Source of the DNA: an uncultured delta proteobacterium
GTDB taxonomy: Bacteria; Desulfobacterota; Binatia; UBA9968
Direction of reading: 5' to 3'
Length of the DNA stretch: 64,000 bases
Assembly: GCA_963804165.1 (NCBI GenBank)
Contig: CAWDPO010000010.1
Location: 192,001-256,000 of the forward strand
This document shows positions 1-10,050 of this stretch, piece after piece. The notes under the pieces were generated by a model, which saw only the letters and a list, made by a program, of their open reading frames with translations, searched no databases and was not told where the DNA came from. Made by a program: the position numbers and the translations under genes. Within the stretch, counting starts at the first letter, position 1; each line of letters begins with the position of its first letter.

Positions 1-168
1 CCGCTCCACTTTACGCCATTCGCGATAACAGGAAACGATCTCCTCTAGCTCGGAACGTTCCTTGGCAAGCTTCGAGTACTCGCGCTGATGGCCGAGCAGC
101 TGGGGATCCGACATCATCCCTTCCAGCTCGAGGTAGCGTTTTTCGACTTCAGCGAGTTTATCAAGCAT
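1..168 (-). CDS. prfA: Peptide chain release factor 1, N-terminal 56 codons (runs off the window edge)
   Basis: Manual translation from ATG at 168: MLDKLAEVEKRYLELEGMMSDPQLLGHQREYSKLAKERSELEEIV..., the typical RF1 N-terminus; lies downstream of rpmE as is common. Not in the ORF track. Confidence 0.9.
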   Translation of the reverse strand, partial: MLDKLAEVEKRYLELEGMMSDPQLLGHQREYSKLAKERSELEEIVSCYREWRKVER

Positions 169-200
169 GGCAGCTCACAATTGGGCAACGATGAGGCAGA

Positions 201-243
201 AATAAAAAAGGGCAAAGGGATCATATGCCACCCTTTGCCCTTT
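201..243 (-). terminator. Intrinsic terminator after rpmE
   Basis: Minus strand AAAGGGCAAAGGG-TGGCATATGAT-CCCTTTGCCCTTT followed by TTTATTT. Confidence 0.8.
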
Positions 244-279
244 CACGTTCCGTCAATACCTATTAAATTAAATTCAGCC

Positions 280-501
280 TCATGTCTCCGCTGAATCTAA
301 TTTTTTTAGCCCGTATTTCTTTCTATACTTTTCCACGCGACCGGCCGAGTCGAGGAATTTTTGTTTGCCGGTAAAAAAAGGGTGGCAGTTCGAGCAAATT
401 TCCACGTGGATATTCCCCGCCGTAGAGCGTGTCTCGACCACGTAACCACACGCGCAGGTAATCGTCGCGGCCTTATATTCTGGATGGATAGCTGCTTTCA
501 T
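280..501 (-). CDS. rpmE: 50S ribosomal protein L31, Zn-binding type
   Basis: MKAAIHPEY...CACG...[24 protein letters not shown]; CxC and CxxC ligands present. Confidence 0.97.
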   Translation of the reverse strand: MKAAIHPEYKAATITCACGYVVETRSTAGNIHVEICSNCHPFFTGKQKFLDSAGRVEKYRKKYGLKKLDSAET

Positions 502-746
502 AAGTTTCCTTTAACGGAAGTGTTTATAGCATAAGGACTAGCACGCTTCAATCGCCAACGGAGTTACCACACCGCCGACGAGGGGTACTCGAAGAATCCA
601 GGCGTTCACGCAGGCTGCTGAAGCATATTAGATTGCCAAAAACCGCATTACCCCCTAAAATGTACCGAATCGGGAATAGGTATGTTTTTTTGCCTGACAA
701 CGTCGCAGGTCGTTAGCGTCCACTGACCTGGCAAAATAATGGAGGT

Positions 747-2042
747 TTGAAATCACTTATGAGTAAGCCGGAGCCTGCCGTTTCGTCGACTCGAGTCGCT
801 GTACCGCCGATCCCCTTGAACGTTGAAAGCACGCAACTTGATTTCGGCTTCCTTGCCGATCTTGCTTTGAAAACCGTATACGCAGATGCCAACTGCACCA
901 CCGAACGGGCAGCCGAAAAGTTAAAGTTATCGATGCCCGTAACCGAAGACTTATTGCAGCACCTCTATCGGGAAAAATTTATTGAAATCCGAGGGCTTAT
1001 CAGTTACGGCAACAATCGTTACGGCATGCTGGATCGAGGCTGGCAACGAGCCCAACAGCTACTCGACATGAACGGCTATATTGGCCCCGCGCCGGTTTCT
1101 CTGTCTGCCTATACAGAAATGACGCTCCGCGAAAGCGCGGCACGAGACGCCATACAGCCCCAGGCGGTGAGCTCGGCTATGTCGGGGCTGGTCCTGCCGG
1201 AAAGTACAGTGCAGACACTGGGACTCGTCGCGAACTCCCGCCGCAGCTTATTTATGACGGGTCCTTCGGGTAACGGAAAAACCACCATCGCCACGGCTCT
1301 ACATAACGCTCATCATGGCGAGATCTGGATCCCGTATGCCATTGAGGTTGACGGCCAAATCATCAAAGTCTTCGATTTATACAATCACCAGCCGGTTCCG
1401 GTGCCCGAAGGCAACCGCCATGACGAACGCTGGATCAGAATCAAACGGCCCATTGTCATCGTCGGTGGTGAAATGACCATCGAAACCATGGATTTGATCT
1501 ACAGCACGACTGTGAGGTTCTACGAAGCGCCGTTTCAAATGAAATCGAACGGCGGCACTCTGGTCATCGACGACTTCGGCCGGCAGCGGGTCGATCCCCA
1601 TGACCTGCTAAATCGATGGATCGTCCCGCTTGAAGGGCGCATCGATTATCTTACGTTGCACACCGGCAAGAAAATCGAAGTGCCGTTCGAGCAGCTGCTA
1701 ATTTTTGCCACCAATCTCGATCCCAGCGATTTGGTCGACGACGCTTTTCTCCGGCGCATGGGATACCGTCTCTATGTCAATGCGCCGGATAAAGAAATGT
1801 ACAGCGCAATTTTTGAGAGATTCGTGCAAGCGAGCGGCTTCGACTATGATCGAAAATTTCTCGATTATGTTTTTCGCCTCTACGATGCCGACAAGCGCGC
1901 TCTTAGAGGTTGCGAGCCACGCGACTTGATCCAGCGCTGTGTCGATCTCTGCAAGTACGAGAATCGGCCGATGGCGCTCTCAAATGAGTTGCTGCACCTG
2001 GCGTGGAGAAATTACTTCGGTACAGCGCCCGCCGTACAATAG
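747..2042 (+). CDS. Uncharacterised AAA+ family ATPase with an N-terminal winged-helix-like region
   Basis: Walker A GPSGNGKT, Walker B LVIDD, sensor-1 FATN, DDAFLRR Arg-finger region; start may be the ATG at 759. Confidence 0.8.
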   Translation: MKSLMSKPEPAVSSTRVAVPPIPLNVESTQLDFGFLADLALKTVYADANCTTERAAEKLKLSMPVTEDLLQHLYREKFIEIRGLISYGNNRYGMLDRGWQRAQQLLDMNGYIGPAPVSLSAYTEMTLRESAARDAIQPQAVSSAMSGLVLPESTVQTLGLVANSRRSLFMTGPSGNGKTTIATALHNAHHGEIWIPYAIEVDGQIIKVFDLYNHQPVPVPEGNRHDERWIRIKRPIVIVGGEMTIETMDLIYSTTVRFYEAPFQMKSNGGTLVIDDFGRQRVDPHDLLNRWIVPLEGRIDYLTLHTGKKIEVPFEQLLIFATNLDPSDLVDDAFLRRMGYRLYVNAPDKEMYSAIFERFVQASGFDYDRKFLDYVFRLYDADKRALRGCEPRDLIQRCVDLCKYENRPMALSNELLHLAWRNYFGTAPAVQ

Positions 2043-2190
2043 CCGAACGATGTCAGCCCGCGTTGGCGGGCCCACCGGGGCGCGAGCGTGTTTACCGACC
2101 TATCGTTGATTGCGCGCTCGCGCCATTAGTGGGTTTATGCGGCTTCGCACGTGCGTCCGGTACTTCGCTGTGAAAACTCTATTTTGGAAT

Positions 2191-2266
<76 letters not shown>

Positions 2267-2276
2267 ACGTGAGATA

Positions 2277-2407
2277 AGGACTGAGTTAAGGAGTCCTGAG
2301 TGCTGAGTCGAAATTAGGAAACCAGGCTGAAAAAGTCAACCGGCGTCAATTTGCCAGCGAGAACAATCGTCTAAGGTCGGTCCTCAGCACTCTTTACTCA
2401 GCACTGA
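2277..2407. repeat. Short-unit (CTGAGTG/CTCAGCA-like) repeats in inverted arrangement
   Basis: ggactgagttaaggagtcctgagtgctgagt ... tcctcagcactctttactcagcactga. Confidence 0.6.
2311..2339 (-). promoter_or_regulatory. Sigma70-type promoter for tRNA-Ala
   Basis: TTGACT-N17-TAATTT on the minus strand, about 45 nt upstream of the tRNA. Confidence 0.6.
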
Positions 2408-4102
2408 TTACTTCCCCCGAACCATCTCCTCGGCATGGCGGCGCGCCTGCTCGGTAATTTTGACGCCGCCGAGCATACGAGCCAATTCGTCGATGCGGTC
2501 TTGCTCGCTCAGCTGTTTAACGCGCGTGAAGGTCCGCCCTTTTTCGACCTCCTTTTCGACGATGAAATGAGCGTCGGCGAGGGCGGCCACTTGCGGCAGA
2601 TGCGTCACGCTAATGACTTGATGATGGGCGGCTACTTGTTTGAGTTTTTTACCGACGATTTCCGCCACCCGGCCGCCGATGCCCGCGTCCACCTCGTCAA
2701 ACAACAGAGTTGAAAGAACGCCCGGCGTTATTACTAACGACTTGAGCGCGAGCATCAAGCGTGAAAGCTCGCCGCCTGAAGCAATTTTCGCCAGCGGCTT
2801 CGCCGGTTCACCCGGGTTGGGCGAAAAATAAAATTCCACTTGATCCATGCCTCGTTCGGTAAGTTTTTTGCCGGCGATGAAGAAGGGCGGTGCATCGGCC
2901 TTTTCCTCCTGGGTGACAAAACGCACTTCAAACGTCGTTTCCGGCATGCCGAGACCCTTGACCTCTTTTTCCATTTCACGCTTTAGTTTTTTCGCTGCGC
3001 GCTGTCGGCCAAGGGAAATTTTCTCCGCGGTTTCCCAAGCCGACTTGCGCGCCTCCGCGAAAGACTTTTCCATAGCGGAGATCTGTTCTTCGCCGTGTTC
3101 CAAGCCGTCGAGCGATGTCTTGATTTCCTCATGCATACGCAAGATCTCCTCTACGCTCCCATTGTACTTGCGCTTGAGTCGCTGAATTTCAGCCAAGCGG
3201 TCTTCGACTTGCTCAAGTGCGCCCGGATCAAAGTGTGCGCGTTCCGCGTAGCGCCGCAGTTGCGCGGCCGACTCCTGCAGTTGCGCCAAAGAGGATTCCA
3301 GCAGATCGACCGTCGGTTGCAGATGCTGATCGATCATCGACAGCTCGCGCAGCCGCATGGCGTATTTGCTCAGCCGGCCGACCAACGCGGCTTCGCCTTC
3401 ATAAAGAACTTCGTCGCCCTCGCGGCACCCTTGGTAGAGTTTCTCGCTGTGCGCCAGTATGTTCTTTGCGGCCCGAAGTTCTTCCTCTTCCCCCGGCTTG
3501 AGCCGTGACTGGGCAAGCTCCTCTCCTTGGGCTTCGAGCAGGCTTTTTTCCCGGCGCCGCTGCTCCAGCGACTCCCGCGCTTCGTTGAGATCCCTCCACG
3601 CCACGGTCAAAACGTCGTAATTTTCTTTCATCGACTTTACCAATGGCGCGTCGTCCGCGAACGCATCGAGCAAACTTAAATGGGTTTCAGGTTGCAACAG
3701 CGTGTGGTGCTCATGCTGGCCATAGATGTGCACCAGCGCGCTCCCCACCTCCGCGAGGAAGCCGAGCGGACAGAGACTGCCATTTAAGTAGATACGGTTT
3801 TTCCCCGAACGATTGACGATCCGTTTAATCACCAGCTCGCCGTCAGTTTCGAATCCGCCGTCGCTGAGCTTGCTTTCGATATCGGATGGCAAGCCTTCGA
3901 ACAGCGCTTCTACGGTCGCTTCGTCTTCCTTGTTGCGAATGACGTCCGAGCTGCCGCGCTCGCCGGCGATCAAGCCGAGAGCGTTGAGGATGATGGATTT
4001 ACCCGCCCCGGTTTCGCCGGTGATGATGTTCAGCCCGGAATTAAGGTCGAGTCCGACCTCATCGATGACCGCAAAGTTCTTGATGCGCAGTTCGCGCAGC
4101 AT
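2408..4102 (-). CDS. recN: DNA repair protein RecN
   Basis: ITGETGAGKS Walker A, coiled coil, ASGGELSR signature, FDEVDAGIGG, THLPQVA. Confidence 0.97.
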   Translation of the reverse strand: MLRELRIKNFAVIDEVGLDLNSGLNIITGETGAGKSIILNALGLIAGERGSSDVIRNKEDEATVEALFEGLPSDIESKLSDGGFETDGELVIKRIVNRSGKNRIYLNGSLCPLGFLAEVGSALVHIYGQHEHHTLLQPETHLSLLDAFADDAPLVKSMKENYDVLTVAWRDLNEARESLEQRRREKSLLEAQGEELAQSRLKPGEEEELRAAKNILAHSEKLYQGCREGDEVLYEGEAALVGRLSKYAMRLRELSMIDQHLQPTVDLLESSLAQLQESAAQLRRYAERAHFDPGALEQVEDRLAEIQRLKRKYNGSVEEILRMHEEIKTSLDGLEHGEEQISAMEKSFAEARKSAWETAEKISLGRQRAAKKLKREMEKEVKGLGMPETTFEVRFVTQEEKADAPPFFIAGKKLTERGMDQVEFYFSPNPGEPAKPLAKIASGGELSRLMLALKSLVITPGVLSTLLFDEVDAGIGGRVAEIVGKKLKQVAAHHQVISVTHLPQVAALADAHFIVEKEVEKGRTFTRVKQLSEQDRIDELARMLGGVKITEQARRHAEEMVRGK

Positions 4103-4114
4103 AAGACAAAGCGC

Positions 4115-4966
4115 CTAGCGTTCTCCCCATTTCAATTTCTCGCGCAGAATCTCGTAGTAGCTGCGCGACGGAAGTTTGATCAAAGACACCGGCAAACCGT
4201 AATCGCGTGCCTCCACGCGATCCCCGTTATTGAGCCGCACGCCCTGCTGCCCGTCGGGAATCAAAATGACGGTGTCGCCGAACGAGCGCAAAGTCACGCG
4301 AACAGCCGCGTTGCTCGGCACGACGATAGGGCGATTGGTCAGCGTATGGGGACAAATGGGTGCTAACACGATGGCACCGAGCGTCGGCTCGAGAATCGGA
4401 CCCGCCGCAGCGAGGGAATAAGCTGTCGATCCCGTCGGCGTGGAAATAATCAAGCCGTCGGCGCGATAAGTGCATAGGTAATCGTCGCCGACGTAGGTTT
4501 CCAGATCGATGATCCGGCTGCGCGCACCCTTGGCGATGACGACGTCGTTCAGCACGCGAAACTTGCGCGGCCGCTTATTCTTTCCCAAAACCCGGACTTC
4601 GAGGGTCATGCGCTTTTCGACTTCGAAATCGCCCTCGAGGGTCTTGCTCAGCACGGCTTCCAACTCATCCACCGCAACTTCGGTAATAAACCCCAAGCCG
4701 CCGAGGTTGACCCCGAGAATCGGCACCTCCGGTCGATCCACCAAAGGCGCAATGTTGAGCAATGTGCCATCGCCGCCCAGGGAAATAATCAGATCGGCTT
4801 TGGCCGCCATCTGTTTTTTGCTGCAGGATTGCGCCCCGTTGCGCGCCAGGCCGTTTTCCACGCAAACTTTCTTGCCGCGCTTCTTGAGCCACGGAATTAG
4901 CCAGCGAACCATCTGCGCAGCTTTGGGCTCCTGGTACTTAGCGACAAGACCGACGGTACGAATCAT
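4115..4966 (-). CDS. nadK: NAD(+) kinase
   Basis: GGDGT, GxLGF, LNDVV, DGLIISTPTGSTAYSLAA motifs; upstream of recN. Confidence 0.97.
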   Translation of the reverse strand: MIRTVGLVAKYQEPKAAQMVRWLIPWLKKRGKKVCVENGLARNGAQSCSKKQMAAKADLIISLGGDGTLLNIAPLVDRPEVPILGVNLGGLGFITEVAVDELEAVLSKTLEGDFEVEKRMTLEVRVLGKNKRPRKFRVLNDVVIAKGARSRIIDLETYVGDDYLCTYRADGLIISTPTGSTAYSLAAAGPILEPTLGAIVLAPICPHTLTNRPIVVPSNAAVRVTLRSFGDTVILIPDGQQGVRLNNGDRVEARDYGLPVSLIKLPSRSYYEILREKLKWGER

Positions 4967-5094
4967 CGATGAAGCTCCTGCGCGAGATTATCACACGGCA
5001 GAAAAAAATGTCCAAGACGGCACAAGCCCTAGCACCGAAACGATCGCTTCCGTTAGCCCATTACTGCGCACAATTCTTTCGAATCGGATCTTTC

Positions 5095-5175
5095 ATCGCG
5101 CTAAGCCGCCGAGGACGCAAAGAAAAATAATTTTCTATTTCTCCGAACGTGGCACGCTTTGCGTCTTTGCGCGAG
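5095..5175. repeat. Intergenic palindromic REP/MITE-like element
   Basis: cgcgctaagccgccgaggacgcaaag ... ctttgcgtctttgcgcg; imperfect inverted repeat of about 9-nt units. Confidence 0.5.
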
Positions 5176-5201
5176 CTTCTTCTACTCCGATTGAATACCC
5201 G

Positions 5202-6170
5202 CTAGACGACCATAGCGCGTAATCGCGAGCTGAGATGATCCACTAACATAACGAGCGCGATCAGCACCAGGACGATGGCCGCCGCTTCTTGGTATTGGAA
5301 AGTGCGAAAACTCGTGTTCATGAGATAGCCGATACCGCCGGCGCCGATCAGGCCGAGCACCGATGCAGCGCGGATATTGGTTTCCAGGCGGTACAACGTA
5401 AAGGAAATAAGATCGGGCAAAATTTGCGGCAATACCGCAAAAGATAGCATCTGCGAATATCCCGCGCCGGTGGCGTGGATCGCCTCGACAACGCCCTCGT
5501 CGATATTTTCCACCGACTCAGAGAGCAATTTCGCAAGTACGGTGGCGGTATGGATCGCCAATGCCAAGGTCCCTGCGAAAGCACCGAGACCGACCGCCGC
5601 GACAAACAGCAAACCAAGCGCAAGGTCGGGGATAGTGCGCACGAGATTCAAAGCTGAGCGCACACCGTAATACACGAACCGATGCGGCGTCGTGTTGCGC
5701 GCGGCGAGAAAGCCGAGTGGAAACGCCACCAGCAACGCCAGAAATGTCCCTGCCAGCGCCATCTGCAGGGTCTCCAGTGTTGCGCCGATGACGGTCTGAG
5801 GAAAAGTGTTGTCCCACCACCGCTGGCGCATCCGGGCACGATCGTCGTCGAGCGGTATGGGCAAAAGGAGTTCGGTGAATGACAAGTGCTCCGGCAAGAA
5901 ATAATTCTTCGGGTCGGCGAATTTGGAAAAATCAGGCGGCAGCATGCGGCTAAGCGTAACAAAAACCTGCGGGATGCCGTCAAACAGTTCCCCTGGGCGG
6001 ATCTTAGCGCCGTGAAACGACCAGCCGAGAATGAGGGCGCCGAGCGCCACGGCAAGAAAAAGACTCTTGCCGCGCTTTGGTCGCGGCGGTGCGTCGAAGA
6101 GAACATCATGCCCGTTTAATCTGACATTCGATTGCGCCAATTTGCTTCCTCCCGAATTGCTTGAATCCAC
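5202..6170 (-). CDS. phnE: Phosphonate/phosphite-type ABC transporter permease
   Basis: ETLQMALAGT, RTIPDL, EAIHATGA, YRLETNIRAASVLGLIGAGGIG. Confidence 0.9.
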   Translation of the reverse strand: MDSSNSGGSKLAQSNVRLNGHDVLFDAPPRPKRGKSLFLAVALGALILGWSFHGAKIRPGELFDGIPQVFVTLSRMLPPDFSKFADPKNYFLPEHLSFTELLLPIPLDDDRARMRQRWWDNTFPQTVIGATLETLQMALAGTFLALLVAFPLGFLAARNTTPHRFVYYGVRSALNLVRTIPDLALGLLFVAAVGLGAFAGTLALAIHTATVLAKLLSESVENIDEGVVEAIHATGAGYSQMLSFAVLPQILPDLISFTLYRLETNIRAASVLGLIGAGGIGYLMNTSFRTFQYQEAAAIVLVLIALVMLVDHLSSRLRAMVV

Positions 6171-6504
6171 AGATTAATCACCAGCAGCCCGTTAGCTTAC
6201 GGACTCACCTTAGCTCAGAACTCAACATCACGACAAGTTATCGGCATCGTCCGCATACGTCCGTTCAGCTAGTTCCCAGACCAAAGATCACCGATCACGG
6301 GCTGCCCAAGCACAAGCTTCCGCCGCAACCCTGACGAATTCGTTTTCCCGTTGCGCTTGACACCAATGGAGGGTTTCGGATAGTTCTCCGCGTCGAGCTC
6401 AGCAGCAGGGCGAAAAGCGAACCCTAGCGCAAAGCTATAAAGACGGATTTTTTGAATGGCGCAAATTGCCGGAATCGCTGAATCGTAAGTCGGATCATTG
6501 ATCG

Positions 6505-8340
6505 ATGGCTTCGCCGAGTATACTTTCATACCTTTGCTGCGCGCCACTTTTTCAAGCCATCGACCAGGCGGTTTTAGTGGACCTTATGCCGCACTTGGAG
6601 TCGGTATTTCTCAGCGGCGGCGAAACCTTGTTTCGCATGGGCGATCTGGACGACTCCATGTACATCGTTCTTTCCGGACGACTGCGGGTGTATCTAGAGC
6701 ACAGCAACGGCTTGGTCGAGGCGATTCGCGAAATCGCGCGCGGCGAAAGCGTCGGCGAATTGGCGCTACTTACCGGTAAGCCGCGCTCGGCTACCGTGCG
6801 CGCCATTCGGGACAGCGAGTTAGCGAAACTGTCGCGTGCTGCTTTTGAGAACACTTTAAGACGTTACCCGCAACTGGTTGGCCCCGTAACGACGCAAATT
6901 GCCAACCGCCAAAGCCAAGGCATCGACGAGACTTTGTCAAAGCGCACAGTCCGAACGATCGCCGTTCTGCCTGTGGGTCGAAGCGTGGCGCTGGCGGATT
7001 TCGCCGTGCGTCTGGCTGACGCACTAAAGATCATCGGCCCGACGCTTCTTCTGAACACGCATTCAGTTGATGTAAGCTGCGGAACAACCTCCATTGCGAT
7101 TATCGAGGACGGCCAAGTTACGGCTCGGCTGAGCGAACTCGAAAGCGATCACCGGTTCATCGTCTATGAAGCGGACGCTGTTTTTTCACCTTGGACTGAG
7201 CGGTGTATCCGCCAGGCGGACCTCATTTTAATCGCTGCCGACACGAGCTCGGTGCCGGCGCTTTCAAGCCTCGAGGTGCTAAGAGCATATTTTTCCGCTA
7301 GCCAGATTACCGCGGACCTCGAACTCGTCCTGCTTCACAACCGAAATCACGACGCGGAAATTAAGACCGACAAGTGGCTATCGGTTTTGCCTGTGAGCAA
7401 TCATCATCATGTGATCACGACCTCGATTGCTGACTTGAACAAACTGGTTCGCCTCCTGACCGGCACCGCCGTCGGCTTGGTTTTAAGCGGCGGCGGCGCG
7501 CGCGGTTTCGCGCACATCGGCGTGATTCGCGCCTTGTACGAGAGCGGTATTCCGATCGACGCCATCGGCGGCACGAGCATGGGCGCGGTCATCGCCGCTC
7601 AACATGCGCTTGGCTGGGATTGGCAAACCATGGCGCGAGTCAATCAGTGTGAATGGCCGCGTTGCGAACCGCAGAAGAACTACACGTTCCCGTTGGTCGC
7701 GTTGAATTCGGGTAAGCGCATGGATCAGATGCTTAGAAGAATGTTCGAGGGCGTGGAAATCGAAAATTTAAAGACTAAATATTTTTGCGTGTCCACGAAT
7801 CTTACCCGTGCCGACGCGATGATTCACCACCGGGGAATTTTGTGGAAAGCGGTGCGCGCCAGCGTATCGATTCCTGGCGTCGGACCGCCGGCCATTGAAA
7901 ACGGCGAGATCTTGGTCGACGGCGGTCTGATCAACAACTTACCGGTCGACGTCATGAAAAAACTTTGCCAGGGTCTCGCTCTCGCCGTCGACGTCAGCGA
8001 GCAGTTGGAGTTCAAGAGCAAATTGACTGAAAGCTATACGCTCTCCGGCTGGAAGTTGCTCTGGCAGCGGCTCAACCCGTTTAGCGAAGAACCGGACATT
8101 CCCAACATCCTCAACATTCTTTACCGCACCACAACCGTCGGCAGCATTCGATGCATCGAATCGGCTAAAAACGAAGCCGACCTCTATCTGAATCCTCCCG
8201 TGAGCAAATTCGGCGTTTTTGATTGGCGCAGCATCGACAAGATCATCGATGCCGGTTACCAAAACACGCTTCGCCGGCTGGAACAATGCGACACCGCCGC
8301 ATTTCCGCGCCATGTGAATCCACAAGTGACCATCGACTGA
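6505..8340 (+). CDS. Cyclic-nucleotide-binding + patatin-like phospholipase (NTE/RssA-like)
   Basis: cNMP domain (LFRMGD...GELALL..PRSATVRA); patatin motifs GGGARG, GTSMG, DGG. Confidence 0.9.
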   Translation: MASPSILSYLCCAPLFQAIDQAVLVDLMPHLESVFLSGGETLFRMGDLDDSMYIVLSGRLRVYLEHSNGLVEAIREIARGESVGELALLTGKPRSATVRAIRDSELAKLSRAAFENTLRRYPQLVGPVTTQIANRQSQGIDETLSKRTVRTIAVLPVGRSVALADFAVRLADALKIIGPTLLLNTHSVDVSCGTTSIAIIEDGQVTARLSELESDHRFIVYEADAVFSPWTERCIRQADLILIAADTSSVPALSSLEVLRAYFSASQITADLELVLLHNRNHDAEIKTDKWLSVLPVSNHHHVITTSIADLNKLVRLLTGTAVGLVLSGGGARGFAHIGVIRALYESGIPIDAIGGTSMGAVIAAQHALGWDWQTMARVNQCEWPRCEPQKNYTFPLVALNSGKRMDQMLRRMFEGVEIENLKTKYFCVSTNLTRADAMIHHRGILWKAVRASVSIPGVGPPAIENGEILVDGGLINNLPVDVMKKLCQGLALAVDVSEQLEFKSKLTESYTLSGWKLLWQRLNPFSEEPDIPNILNILYRTTTVGSIRCIESAKNEADLYLNPPVSKFGVFDWRSIDKIIDAGYQNTLRRLEQCDTAAFPRHVNPQVTID

Positions 8341-8350
8341 ACTCAGCGAT

Positions 8351-9130
8351 TTACGCTTGATGATGGTAAATCGCGTCAACAACGGGATCCGTGAGCTCCA
8401 CGGTCGGACCGTCGAACACAATCTGGCCTTGTCTTAAACCGATTACCCGATCGACATATTCCCGGGTCAGCTCGAGAGTGTGCAGGCTCATCAGGGTGGT
8501 AATCCCGTCTTCCCAGCAGATCCGTTTAAGAATATCGAGCACGATGCGCGACAGTTTAGGGTCGAGGCTGGAAACCGGTTCATCGGCGAGAATGATCGCC
8601 GGCTGCTGCATCAAGGCGCGAGCAATCGCGACGCGCTGCTGTTCGCCGCCGCTGAGCTCGTCAGCGCGCTTGTAAGCGTGCTCTAACAGGCCTACGCGCT
8701 TGAGATTGGTCAGCGCATGATGTCTCTCTTCCCCGGCAAAAATTCTTAGCGTGCTGCGCAACACCGGTTGATACCCAAGTCCGCCCGAGAGTACGTTTTC
8801 AATCACCGACAAGCGCTTGGCGAGATTGAACTGCTGAAAGATCATGCCGATCTTGCAGCGCAAACGGCGCAAATCGGTGGCATCAAGCTTTAGAACGTCA
8901 ATCTGTGCACCGTTCAAATCACCGGTTAGGAGCCCGTGGGGAACCCGAATCTCCCCGGAACGGGCCTCGACCAGCCGGTTGATGCATCGCAGCAACGTCG
9001 ACTTTCCGGATCCGCTCAGTCCGATCACGCCGACAAATTCGCCGTGCTCAATCCGCAGACTAACGTCGCGCAGCACCGGCGCGGCGGCATCGTACGACTG
9101 ACAGAGATCCTTGATCTCGAGAATGGTCAC
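8351..9130 (-). CDS. phnC: Phosphonate-type ABC transporter ATP-binding protein
   Basis: [41 protein letters not shown]. Confidence 0.92.
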   Translation of the reverse strand: MTILEIKDLCQSYDAAAPVLRDVSLRIEHGEFVGVIGLSGSGKSTLLRCINRLVEARSGEIRVPHGLLTGDLNGAQIDVLKLDATDLRRLRCKIGMIFQQFNLAKRLSVIENVLSGGLGYQPVLRSTLRIFAGEERHHALTNLKRVGLLEHAYKRADELSGGEQQRVAIARALMQQPAIILADEPVSSLDPKLSRIVLDILKRICWEDGITTLMSLHTLELTREYVDRVIGLRQGQIVFDGPTVELTDPVVDAIYHHQA

Positions 9131-10050
9131 GGGCGTTGTTTCTGAAGAGTTTCTTTGATGGGAATACCGGCCTCGATGAAAGCCTGGCGCACCGGATCGT
9201 AATCCTTGTCGGTAGCGGGAACAAAGCCGTCGATTTGATAGAGCTCGCGCAGCATTTGTTTTCCCTTGGCGTCGCGGCTGAGATCGACAAAAATCTCTTC
9301 GATTTTTTTAACAATACGCGGATCGAGGCTACCGCTAACAACCAGATTATCGGCAGGAATCGGTTCCGAATACGCGATGGCGCGAATTTTTTTCACGTCT
9401 TCTGGATTTTTCAGATAGCGCATCCAGGCCGTGTCCTTGCTGTCCGGCGAGTTGGCATACGTCGCGCCGGCATCGACTTTGCCATTGAGCACCGCGAGAA
9501 CGGTGGCGTCGTGCCCGCCAGAATGGAGAATCTGTTTAAAATCCCGCACCGGGTCAATGCCGCGCTCCTTGAGCATTTTGCGCGGGAAAACATGTCCGGT
9601 GGTTGACAGCGAATCGCCGAACGCGAATGTCTTGCCACGCAGATCGTCGAGATTTTTGATCGTGCTGTCGGCGCGCGTGATGATCGCGGCGTAATAGAAG
9701 GGAATCCCTTTGCGCTCGGATTTGAGAATCACTTTGATATCCGCCTCGTTTTTCGCGAGCACGTAGGATGCGGGCGCCAGAAAAGCGACATCGAGCTTGT
9801 TGACCCGCAAGGCTTCGACCACGCCGGTGTAATCCGTGGCGACGAATGGCTGAATCTCCATGCCCAACTCTTTGCGCAGGATTTCCACGATTGGTTGAGC
9901 ATTCTGCATCACCTGTTGAGCATCCTCGGCGGGGACAAACCCCACACGAAGTGTTTTGGCCGTACCACCGGAATCACCGCACGCGTGAATGATCCCCGCA
10001 ACAAAAAATATAAAGCCAATTTCAATGAAAGATTTGGCCATCGACAGCAC
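9127..10050 (-). CDS. phnD: Phosphate/phosphite/phosphonate ABC substrate-binding lipoprotein
   Basis: Lipobox IHAC; DYTGVVEAL, FGDSLSTTG, GGHDA motifs. Confidence 0.9.
   Translation of the reverse strand: MLSMAKSFIEIGFIFFVAGIIHACGDSGGTAKTLRVGFVPAEDAQQVMQNAQPIVEILRKELGMEIQPFVATDYTGVVEALRVNKLDVAFLAPASYVLAKNEADIKVILKSERKGIPFYYAAIITRADSTIKNLDDLRGKTFAFGDSLSTTGHVFPRKMLKERGIDPVRDFKQILHSGGHDATVLAVLNGKVDAGATYANSPDSKDTAWMRYLKNPEDVKKIRAIAYSEPIPADNLVVSGSLDPRIVKKIEEIFVDLSRDAKGKQMLRELYQIDGFVPATDKDYDPVRQAFIEAGIPIKETLQKQRP

Noticed and set aside
6505-8340. Patatin as a CBASS/Pycsar anti-phage effector
   Set aside because: No nucleotide cyclase or other defence genes nearby; the architecture matches NTE-like proteins
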